From Polyangiaceae bacterium (GTDB taxonomy: Bacteria > Myxococcota_A > Polyangia > Polyangiales > Polyangiaceae): a stretch of 64,000 nt of DNA. The notes beneath the pieces were generated by a model. The model worked only from the letters and a program-made list of their open reading frames with translations, had not been told where the DNA came from and did not search any database. Made by a program: the position numbers and the translations under genes. The stretch spans positions 144,095-208,094 of the forward strand of contig JAPSGB010000004.1 in the NCBI GenBank assembly GCA_035063585.1, written 5' to 3'. The stretch's first letter is position 1. Each line of letters starts with the position of its first letter. Below, in pieces: positions 16,107 to 25,942 of the stretch.

Positions 16107-18380
16107 CTAGTTGAGCTGGAAATTCTGGGTGGTGGAGCCGCCGACCGTGATGGTGACCGTCTTGGTGACCGGCGCGAGCGGCACCTTGGTCGCGGTCGCC
16201 TCCCAGGTCCCGGCGATGGCGTTCTGGAGGTTGTAGTTGCCGCTGCCGTTAGTGGTCGTGGACATGAGCCCACGGTTCAACGTGATGGTCGCGCCGTCGA
16301 CCGGTTGCGAGCTCCCGTCGATGACCTGACCAAGCAGCGTGCCCACACCCGGGTCGGCGCCGAGCCGGACCTGGTAGTGGGCGGCCTTCTTGGTGAGGTA
16401 GCCGTGGGTGTCGACCGAGACGAGGTGGAAGAACCACACCCCATCGGGGAGGCCGGAGAGGATCTGCTGCTTCTGGGTCACGGGCACGAAGGTGTCCGCC
16501 TTGGTCGGCACGGTGTTCGCGTATGCGTCGCGCACGTAGTAAGCGCCGACCACGCTCTCGTCGGTGACCGGGAAGGTCCACGAGTAAAAGACGGTGTGGT
16601 TCGCCGACCAGGTCGTCTGTGAGCCATGGCTCGAGGAGGTGACGGACGGCGCGACCGTGTTGAGGTTGAGCCGGAACCAACCTTCGACCCGGCCGACCAC
16701 GCTCGCACCGTCGACCGGGACGACGTGGAAGTAATTCGCACCCTGGACGAGCTGGGTCCGCGGCACGATCAAGTTCTCCGCCGCGAGGAAGTCGGCGTTG
16801 CCCGGAGTGGGGACCGTCGCCCTCCCCGTATCGAACAACTGGTAGTAGCCCTGCACGCTCGGGAACGGCTGGTTCCACGCGAGAGAGACGTCGGTGAAGT
16901 CGTCGTTGTAGTAGAGCGCCGACTCCGGGTGCGTGCTCGAGGTGATGGTGAGCGGCGGGAGCAGGTCGGCCGTCTGCTGACCGACGACCGAGCCGGTGAT
17001 GGAGTGCGCGATGCCGTAGAGGAGCTTGACGCGCCCGTCCCCGCCCTTGCCGCCCGCGCCGCCGTTGTAACCCCCGCCGGCGGGCCCGCCGCTACCGCCA
17101 GCGACGGAGACCGCGCCGCTCAGGGTGAGCTTGTCGGCCGCGATGAGCACGGCGCCGCCGGAGCCGCCACCGCCGCTAGCGACGTAAGACACGTTCGGCG
17201 CGGTGCCGCCATCCTGCCCGTTGGCGCTGAGTTGGCCCGCGACGTCGATCACCGGCGCGATGAGGCGCAGCACCCCGCCGCCCATGCCGCCTTTGACCGG
17301 GGTCGCGGCGCTGGGCGCGCCTCCCTTGCCCCCCGGCGCGCCGGGAAGCACCACCGAGTCCACCGCGAGCCCAAAGATCGCGCCGCCTCCGCCGCCGTTG
17401 GTGCCGCCGCCGTAGGTTCCGTTGGCCCCCGCCTGCGCGTGGCCGCCGCCCCCGCCGCCGCTGCTGGTGTACGTGTAACTCGGGTAGCCCGTGTAGAAGT
17501 AAGTGCCATCGAAGCCCTTGCCATCGGGTCCGGCGCCGGTCGGCGCGATCACGATAGAACCGCCGTTTTCCACCGTGATCGAGTCCGCGATGAGGGTGAG
17601 GTCGCCGCTCGGCGAAGTGAGCGTCGCGCCGGAGCGGACCACGACCGCGCCCTTTACCACCACGACACCATCGAGGTTTCGGTTGCTGGTCACGTCGAGC
17701 CCCGGCAGCGCGCACTGCACGGTCGTGGCGTCGCAGTAGGTCGAGCCGCAGTCGCTGGTGACGTTCCACTTGGAACCGGTCGAGTCGCACTCCTCGACCT
17801 TCGCGCCATTGCAACGGGTCGCACCGGGTTCGCACGCGCCCGTGCAAAGCCCGCTCGCGCAAGACACCGCGCAGGTCTCGAGGTAGAGCCAAGCCGTTCC
17901 GCTCGAGTTGCAGATCTCGACCCCGCCGCTCGCGCAGCGGCGCGCGCCCGCCGAGCAGGGCCCGCCGGGGTTCCCGCCGGTGCCGCCGGTTCCGCCGGTT
18001 CCGCCGCCGCTCCCCGCCGCGCCGCCGGTGCCGCCGCCTCCGCTCGCGCCCGCATCCCCGCCGCTCCCGCTCGCGCCGCCGGTGCCCGTGCTCCCGCTCG
18101 CGCCGCCGGTGCCCGTGCTCCCGCTCGCGCCGCCGGTACCCGTGCTCCCGCTCGCGCCGCCGGTACCCGTGCTCCCGCTCGCGCCGCCGGTGCCCGTGCT
18201 CCCGCTCTCGCCACCGGTGCCCGTGCTCCCGCTCGCGCCACCGACGCCCGCGGAGCCGCCGGCCGCGCCAGCGGCACCGCCGGTGCCGCTGCCGTCGCCA
18301 CTCGCGTCGGACCCGCCACACGCGGGCGCCCCGAGCGCGAGCGCCATCACGAACCAAGAAAGTCGATGTCCACGAGTCAT
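16107..18380 (-). CDS. Large surface lipoprotein: Gly linker, Cys-rich repeats, glycine-rich domain, Ig-like and carboxypeptidase-regulatory-like C-terminus
   Basis: Lipobox 'GAPAC', GGASGSTGT repeats, two C-x-G-x-RC modules, 'GGGSGG' and 'GG.GGDGRV' segments, 'GQVID.S.QPVDGATITL'. Confidence 0.75.
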   Translation of the reverse strand: MTRGHRLSWFVMALALGAPACGGSDASGDGSGTGGAAGAAGGSAGVGGASGSTGTGGESGSTGTGGASGSTGTGGASGSTGTGGASGSTGTGGASGSTGTGGASGSGGDAGASGGGGTGGAAGSGGGTGGTGGTGGNPGGPCSAGARRCASGGVEICNSSGTAWLYLETCAVSCASGLCTGACEPGATRCNGAKVEECDSTGSKWNVTSDCGSTYCDATTVQCALPGLDVTSNRNLDGVVVVKGAVVVRSGATLTSPSGDLTLIADSITVENGGSIVIAPTGAGPDGKGFDGTYFYTGYPSYTYTSSGGGGGGHAQAGANGTYGGGTNGGGGGAIFGLAVDSVVLPGAPGGKGGAPSAATPVKGGMGGGVLRLIAPVIDVAGQLSANGQDGGTAPNVSYVASGGGGSGGAVLIAADKLTLSGAVSVAGGSGGPAGGGYNGGAGGKGGDGRVKLLYGIAHSITGSVVGQQTADLLPPLTITSSTHPESALYYNDDFTDVSLAWNQPFPSVQGYYQLFDTGRATVPTPGNADFLAAENLIVPRTQLVQGANYFHVVPVDGASVVGRVEGWFRLNLNTVAPSVTSSSHGSQTTWSANHTVFYSWTFPVTDESVVGAYYVRDAYANTVPTKADTFVPVTQKQQILSGLPDGVWFFHLVSVDTHGYLTKKAAHYQVRLGADPGVGTLLGQVIDGSSQPVDGATITLNRGLMSTTTNGSGNYNLQNAIAGTWEATATKVPLAPVTKTVTITVGGSTTQNFQLN
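18064..18243 (-). repeat. 27-bp coding tandem repeat (GGASGSTGT x ~6.5)
   Basis: cccgtgctcccgctcgcgccgccggt(g/a) repeated. Confidence 0.95.
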
Positions 18381-18648
18381 GAATCCACCTCTTCTAACGC
18401 GCGGGCAAACCGCCCCGACCCGCCGTCCTCTACCCGCGAAGCGCGAGGAGCGCTAGGAGGCTCGTTCCGCGTCGTACGCCGCACGAGGCCGATCTCTCCC
18501 CGGGAGCGCAGAGCCCATTGACGCCTCGCATCACGGGCCTTGCAGGGGAGCTAGCCTCGACTATGCTCCGCTTCGACGCGGTGCGCCATGCGCGCACCAA
18601 CGCCTCGAAGCTCGCGGAGGGGGACCACCCAACCTGAGGAGAACGGCC

Positions 18649-20487
<1,839 letters not shown>

Positions 20488-20502
20488 CGATTGCTTTAGT
20501 TA

Positions 20503-20544
20503 CACCGCCCAGCACTCAAGTCATGGGTTGAGTGTTGGGCGGTG
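20503..20544. terminator. 17-bp stem hairpin between convergent genes
   Basis: caccgcccagcactcaa-gtcatggg-ttgagtgttgggcggtg, one G-U pair. Confidence 0.6.
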
Positions 20545-20629
20545 AGGTCCGGGGGGCCGGTCCGGCGCGGCCGGCGGCGCGTGGCGCGGGCCGCGTGGTT
20601 CCGCGCCGAGCCGGCAAGACCCCCTCGCC

Positions 20630-21760
20630 TCAGGCGGGGCCGAGCTTGGTGCAATCGAGCAGGATCTCGATCGAGCCCTGGTCGGCCCCTTGCACCTTGT
20701 CACAGCTCGCCGGGCAGAGCGAGATCCGGGTCGGGCTGGTCGGGTCGTCGTAATAGAAACCGCCCGAGGGCCCACACGCGCCCACGTCCGAGACACGGCC
20801 GAGCGGGCTCGTGCCGGACGCGTCGGTGAAGTTGATGATGATCGAGGCGGGATTGACGAGCCCCGCGTCGGTGGTCGGCATCGCGTAGTCGCACGAGAGG
20901 AGCTGCCCGGCGACGTTCTGGAGCGCCTGAGCGAAGGCGTCGGCGCCGCCCGAGGAGATGTTGAACGCGGCCGGCCCCGTCCCAGCGGCGGTAGCGAGCG
21001 CATCGAGGAGTTGGAAACTCGCGCCCTGCATGCCCATCATGAAGATCGGCAGCGACGGGGTGCCGTTGAAGGCCTCCGAGCAGATCTGCGAGAGCCCCGC
21101 CGGCGAGGTATCGCAGCCCTGCGGTTGCCCGTCCGTCACGAGCAGCCCCACGCACTTCTCCTGCGGGTGCTGAGCGGTGTAGCCCCGGCAGAAGCCGGTG
21201 ATCCCTCGGAGCGCGCCCTCGGTGGGAGTGCCGCCGCCCGGATTGGTTCCATTGATCGAAGCCATGATCGCGGCTCCGTTGTTCGAGAGGTAGTCCATCG
21301 GCACCGCAGGGGTGTCATAGGTGCTCCCGTTGCACGGGCCGCTCCCGGAGAAGAACTGGAGCGCGACCTTGAGGCCCTGAGAGCCGGGGTCATTGACGAA
21401 CGCCTGAAGGCCGGCCCGGGCGTTTTCCCACCGATTTCCGTTATTCATGCTCCCGGACTTATCGAGCATGATGTAGAGGGCTACCGGCACCCGCTCGGCG
21501 TTCACGGTCACGTTCGCGCAGGCCGAGTCCGCGTTGAGCGCGCTGTCGCCGGCGTCGAAGTCGCCCGCGTCGAAGCCCGTCCCGTTGGCGCTCCCGCCGG
21601 TGCCGGTTCCCGCACCCGAGCCACCGCTCGAAGACGCGCCGTGCCCGCCGGTGCCCCCGGCGACCGTGGCTCCCCCGCCGTCGCCGCTGCCGCACGCCAC
21701 CGCGAGCCCGAGCGCGCTCGCAACGCCGATCGCCATCCCCGACAGTCGCCTTGCCTTCAT
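20630..21760 (-). CDS. vWA-domain lipoprotein (myxobacterial family)
   Basis: Lipobox LAVAC, Gly linker, MIDAS 'LDKSGSM', 'GGTPT', 'VTDGQP', Cys-rich C-terminus. Confidence 0.85.
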   Translation of the reverse strand: MKARRLSGMAIGVASALGLAVACGSGDGGGATVAGGTGGHGASSSGGSGAGTGTGGSANGTGFDAGDFDAGDSALNADSACANVTVNAERVPVALYIMLDKSGSMNNGNRWENARAGLQAFVNDPGSQGLKVALQFFSGSGPCNGSTYDTPAVPMDYLSNNGAAIMASINGTNPGGGTPTEGALRGITGFCRGYTAQHPQEKCVGLLVTDGQPQGCDTSPAGLSQICSEAFNGTPSLPIFMMGMQGASFQLLDALATAAGTGPAAFNISSGGADAFAQALQNVAGQLLSCDYAMPTTDAGLVNPASIIINFTDASGTSPLGRVSDVGACGPSGGFYYDDPTSPTRISLCPASCDKVQGADQGSIEILLDCTKLGPA

Positions 21761-21950
21761 CGCGATTCCTCCAGGTAGCCGCACCGAGCTCGCTCGCCGG
21801 CGCCACACCTCGGCTCAGCATAGCGTATCCGGGGCGGCTCTGCGCCTCGAAGTCTCACGGAGTCACCGGAAACGGAAGCCGGGTGGCGGCCGCCGCCGGC
21901 GGCCAGCCGCCGCCACCCTCCGGACGCAAAGCATCTCGCCGGGTTCTGCG

Positions 21951-21966
21951 CGGCACGGCGACTGCA
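21951..21966 (+). promoter_or_regulatory. Putative sigma54 (-24/-12) promoter for comM-recA
   Basis: cGGCACGgcgaCTGCA versus consensus TGGCACG-N4-TTGCW with exact GG/GC spacing, 14 bp before ATG 21980. Confidence 0.55.
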
Positions 21967-21979
21967 ACCCGCGGCCGGC

Positions 21980-23530
21980 ATGCTCACCGCCACCGCCACC
22001 ATCTGCGGAAAGCCGCTCGGCCTCGCCACCGCCCATGCGAGCGCGGTCCTCGGACTCGACGCCCACCCGATTCTCGTCGAGGTGTGCTGTACGCGAGGCC
22101 CGGCCTTCTTCCAGATGGTCGGGCTCGCGGAGGCTGCGGTGCGCGAGGCGCGGGTGCGGGTGGCGAGCGCGCTCGCGCGCCTCGGCGTGCTGCTCGACGA
22201 ATACGCGATCACGGTGAACCTCGCGCCGGCGGATCTCCGTAAGAGCGGCGCCGCGCTCGACGCCGCGATCGCGCTCGCCATCCTCGGCGCCATCGGGAAG
22301 CTGCCGGAGGGCTGCCTCGACGACGTCCTCCTGCTCGGCGAGCTCGCGCTCGACGGCTCGCTCCGGCCGGTTCGCGGCGTGCTGCCGCAGCTCGAGGGCG
22401 CCGCGCGGCGGCTCGGCCGCGCCGTGGTTCCACGCGCGAACGGCGCCGAGGCGGGACTGGTCGAGGGCATCGAGGTGCTCTTGGCCCGGAACCTCGCCGA
22501 GCTCGTCGAGCACTTCTCGGGCGGCCGCGCGCTCGCTCGCGCGGCGCGCACCGCGTTCTCGCCGGACTCGAGCACGCCGGGCGCTGGTGATCTCTCGGAG
22601 GTGCGCGGACAGTCCTCCGCGCGGCGCGCGCTCGAGGTCGCGGCGGCCGGCGGGCACAACCTCCTCTTCATCGGGCCCCCGGGCGGCGGAAAGACGCTCC
22701 TCGCGCGCCTCCTTCCCACCATCCTGCCACCGCTCACGTTCGAAGAGGCGGTCGAGACGACCGCCATCTACTCGGTGGCCGGGCTCGTCGACCCCGACAA
22801 GGGCGTCGTCGCGGCGCGCCCGTTCCGCGCTCCGCACCACTCGGTGAGCGAGGCCGGGCTGGTCGGCGGCGGCGAGGTCCCGCGCCCCGGCGAGGTCAGC
22901 CTGGCGCACCACGGCGTGCTCTTTCTCGATGAGCTCGCCGAGTTCCGTCGCGGGGCGCTCGAGGCGCTACGCCAACCCCTCGAGGACGGGGCGGTGTGCA
23001 TATCGCGGGCGCGGGCGCGGGCGTGGTTCCCCGCGCGTCCGATGGTGGTGGGTGCCGTGAACCCTTGCCCGTGCGGCTATCGCGGGCACCCGCGCCGTGT
23101 GTGCCGCTGCACCGACAAGCAGGTCGCCTCGTATCGAGCGCGGTTGAGCGGCCCGCTCGTCGATCGGCTCGATGTGCACGTTCCCGTGCCGCCCGTGGAC
23201 GTCGCGGCGCTCATCGGGATGAGCCGCGGCGAGCCGTCGAGCTCGGTGCGCGCGCGTGTGCTCGCCGCTCGTGAGCGCCAGCGCGAGCGGGGCGCGATCA
23301 ACTCTGCGCTCGGTCCGCGCGCGCTCGAGCGGGTGGCGCGCCCGAGCGCCGACGCCGAGCGGCTCATCGAGACCGCCATCTCCCAGCTCGGGCTGTCGGC
23401 GCGGGCGTACGTGAAGGTGCTGAGGGTAGCGCGCACCATCGCCGATCTCGATGGGAGCGAGCGCGTGCGCGCGCCTCACGTCGCCGAAGCGCTGCAAGGG
23501 CGACTGCTCGACCGCGATCCCCTGGCGTGA
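21980..23530 (+). CDS. comM: YifB/ComM family Mg-chelatase-like AAA+ ATPase
   Basis: '[14 protein letters not shown]', 'GELALDG', '[16 protein letters not shown]', 'RPFRAPHHS', '[15 protein letters not shown]', 'NPCPCG', 'RVARTIADL'. Confidence 0.93.
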   Translation: MLTATATICGKPLGLATAHASAVLGLDAHPILVEVCCTRGPAFFQMVGLAEAAVREARVRVASALARLGVLLDEYAITVNLAPADLRKSGAALDAAIALAILGAIGKLPEGCLDDVLLLGELALDGSLRPVRGVLPQLEGAARRLGRAVVPRANGAEAGLVEGIEVLLARNLAELVEHFSGGRALARAARTAFSPDSSTPGAGDLSEVRGQSSARRALEVAAAGGHNLLFIGPPGGGKTLLARLLPTILPPLTFEEAVETTAIYSVAGLVDPDKGVVAARPFRAPHHSVSEAGLVGGGEVPRPGEVSLAHHGVLFLDELAEFRRGALEALRQPLEDGAVCISRARARAWFPARPMVVGAVNPCPCGYRGHPRRVCRCTDKQVASYRARLSGPLVDRLDVHVPVPPVDVAALIGMSRGEPSSSVRARVLAARERQRERGAINSALGPRALERVARPSADAERLIETAISQLGLSARAYVKVLRVARTIADLDGSERVRAPHVAEALQGRLLDRDPLA

Positions 23531-23585
23531 GCACACGGTGCGCCCACGCCATCGAAACCAGAACCGGGAGAAGAGGAGACGAACC

Positions 23586-24605
23586 ATGACAGAATCAGAC
23601 AAGCAACGGGCGGTCGACGCGGCCGTCACCGGCATCGAGAAGGCGCACGGCAAAGGCTCGATCATGCGCCTCGGCGAGGACGCCCTGCTCGAGCCGGTCG
23701 AGGTCATCGCCACCGGCTCGCTGGCGCTCGACGAGGCGCTCGGCACGGGCGGCTACCCGCGCGGCCGGATCATCGAGGTGTTCGGCCCGGAGTCGAGCGG
23801 CAAGACCACGCTCACCCTCCACGCCATCGCCGAGTCCCAGCGGGGGGGCGGTGTGTGCGCGTTCATCGACGCGGAGCACGCCTTCGACCTCCGGTACGCG
23901 CGGGCCATCGGCATCGACCTCGAGAGGCTGCTCGTCTCCCAACCGGACAGCGGCGAGCAGGCGCTCGACATCGTCGAGATGCTGGTGCGCTCCGGAGCGG
24001 TCGACCTGGTGGTGGTCGACTCGGTCGCGGCGCTGGTCCCGAGAGCCGAGATCGAAGGCGACATGGGCGACGCGCACATGGGCCTCCAGGCGCGACTCAT
24101 GAGCCAGGCGCTCCGCAAACTGAACGGCGTGGTCTCGCGTACGAACACGACGCTCATCTTCATCAATCAGCTCCGCCAGAAGATCGGGGTCGTGTTCGGC
24201 AACCCGGAGACGACCACCGGGGGCAACGCGCTCCGCTTCTACTCGAGCGTGCGGCTCGACGTTCGCCGGACCGGAAAGGTCACGGTCGGGGACGCCACGG
24301 TCGGAAACCGCACGCGCGTGAAGGTCGTGAAGAACAAGTGCGCTCCGCCCTTCACCGAGGCCGAGCTCGACATCCGCTGGGGGCTGGGGATCGACGCCGC
24401 CGGCGATCTCCTAGACACCGCGCTCGCCCACGGCGTCGCCGAGAAGAGCGGCGCGCACCTCATGTTCGGAGGGACGAGCATCGGGCACGGGCGGGAGAAG
24501 GCGCGCGAGGCGCTGCTCTCGACCCCCGCGCTCTTCGCCGCGCTGCGCGAGGCGACCGAGAGCGCGCTCCCGAGCAAGGAGCGCGCGGTGGGTCGGGCCG
24601 CCTGA
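23586..24605 (+). CDS. recA: Recombinase RecA (divergent paralog-like)
   Basis: '[21 protein letters not shown]', '[10 protein letters not shown]', 'VDSVAAL', '[10 protein letters not shown]', 'KVVKNK'; AGGAG RBS. Confidence 0.97.
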   Translation: MTESDKQRAVDAAVTGIEKAHGKGSIMRLGEDALLEPVEVIATGSLALDEALGTGGYPRGRIIEVFGPESSGKTTLTLHAIAESQRGGGVCAFIDAEHAFDLRYARAIGIDLERLLVSQPDSGEQALDIVEMLVRSGAVDLVVVDSVAALVPRAEIEGDMGDAHMGLQARLMSQALRKLNGVVSRTNTTLIFINQLRQKIGVVFGNPETTTGGNALRFYSSVRLDVRRTGKVTVGDATVGNRTRVKVVKNKCAPPFTEAELDIRWGLGIDAAGDLLDTALAHGVAEKSGAHLMFGGTSIGHGREKAREALLSTPALFAALREATESALPSKERAVGRAA

Positions 24606-24753
24606 GCCGGGCGCTCCCCGAGCGCTCACGCGCGGGCCGCGTGGGCGCGCCGGGGGGCCCGCCGCCTCGGGGCGCACTCGCGGGATACTCGCGCCCGGCC
24701 CGAAAAGAAATGGTAGGGTGCGCGTCCTCTTTCCACGAACGAGGAGATCTTTC

Positions 24754-25758
24754 ATGCGGCTCGGCTACCGTGCGGTGTTTGGTATCGGGATTGCTCTCGG
24801 CGCGCTCGCCGCGTGCAGCAGCGATGACGACGGCAAGACGAGCGGAGGCAGCGGCGGAGCAGGCAACGGGGACTGCTTCCCGACCGCGCCATCCTGCTAC
24901 GGGCCGGGCGGGCCGAGCGGTCCGGGCCACGAGTGCCTCGCGAAGACGGACAACTCGGGCCAGAAGATCTGGAAGGGTCGCCTCAGCCAGATCCAGGTCA
25001 CCAAGCCCGACGCGCTGGCAAAGCCGTTCATCCAGTCCACGATCCTCGACAAGGGCGTGAACTTCAACCAGCCGGAGTGCAACTCGAACGGCAAGGGGAC
25101 CTTCAACTGGCTCTTCGAGTTCGACTCGGAGTCGAACAAGCTGAAGATGGGCGGCGGCTTGCCCATCGAGAACCCCGGCGACCCGGGCTGCTTTGCGGTC
25201 CTGCCGGACGCGCAGATCCCGGTCGCGCCGGTGACCATCGACGTGACGATGAACGGCAACACGTTCTCGGCCGATGGCATCGACCTGACGGTCCCCATCT
25301 TCGTCACGCCCGGAGACACGACCAACGTCGTGCTCCTGCCGATCCACGGCGGGAAGTTCCAGGGCACGTTCAGCGCGGATCACAACTGCATCGGGGCGTA
25401 CAACGGCGACAAGCTCGATCCCGCGATCGACTGCCTGGCGGACATGAGCGTCGATCCGCCCATCTACCCGTGGGAGAACGGCGGAACCATCGAGGGTTAC
25501 ATCGGGGTCGAAGAGTCGGACACGGTGTTCATCCCCGACCTCAAGAACAGCCTGTGCGTGCTGCTCGCCGGCGCGGCCGACTGGAAGGGAACCGACGGCT
25601 ACTGCAAGACGTCGACCAAGTGGGTCGGCGGGGAGCGGCCCCAGGGCGACTGGTGCATCGCGACCAACCAGCCGGCCACGGCCGACTGCGCCGACGCCTA
25701 TCGGCTGACTTCGGGGTTCGCGGCCAACGCGTATCCGATCAGCGGCGACTGCGAGTAG
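24754..25758 (+). CDS. Cys-rich hypothetical lipoprotein
   Basis: Lipobox ALAAC, AGGAG RBS, strong GC3 bias, multiple Cys. Confidence 0.8.
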   Translation: MRLGYRAVFGIGIALGALAACSSDDDGKTSGGSGGAGNGDCFPTAPSCYGPGGPSGPGHECLAKTDNSGQKIWKGRLSQIQVTKPDALAKPFIQSTILDKGVNFNQPECNSNGKGTFNWLFEFDSESNKLKMGGGLPIENPGDPGCFAVLPDAQIPVAPVTIDVTMNGNTFSADGIDLTVPIFVTPGDTTNVVLLPIHGGKFQGTFSADHNCIGAYNGDKLDPAIDCLADMSVDPPIYPWENGGTIEGYIGVEESDTVFIPDLKNSLCVLLAGAADWKGTDGYCKTSTKWVGGERPQGDWCIATNQPATADCADAYRLTSGFAANAYPISGDCE

Positions 25759-25942
25759 CGTGACGCCCGCGTGGCCCGCCCGCCCTAGGGCCGCCCGCCG
25801 GCGGGCGGGCGAGTCCTCCGGCCCTGCGTCGCGGCGGAGCAGCGCGCGCGCCATGGCCCCGCGGATGCCTGCGAAGACATCCGCGTTGACAAGCGAGGGC
25901 GCGCCACGAAGATGGTGAGGCCGGGGGCCCCCCGGAGCGCGG

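Noticed and set aside
23531..23585. LexA (SOS) box upstream of recA
   Set aside because: No match to E. coli-type or Myxococcus-type LexA motifs noticed
25791..25808. Perfect 18-bp GC palindrome ccgcccgccggcgggcgg
   Set aside because: Low-complexity all-GC sequence; at most an ordinary terminator-like hairpin
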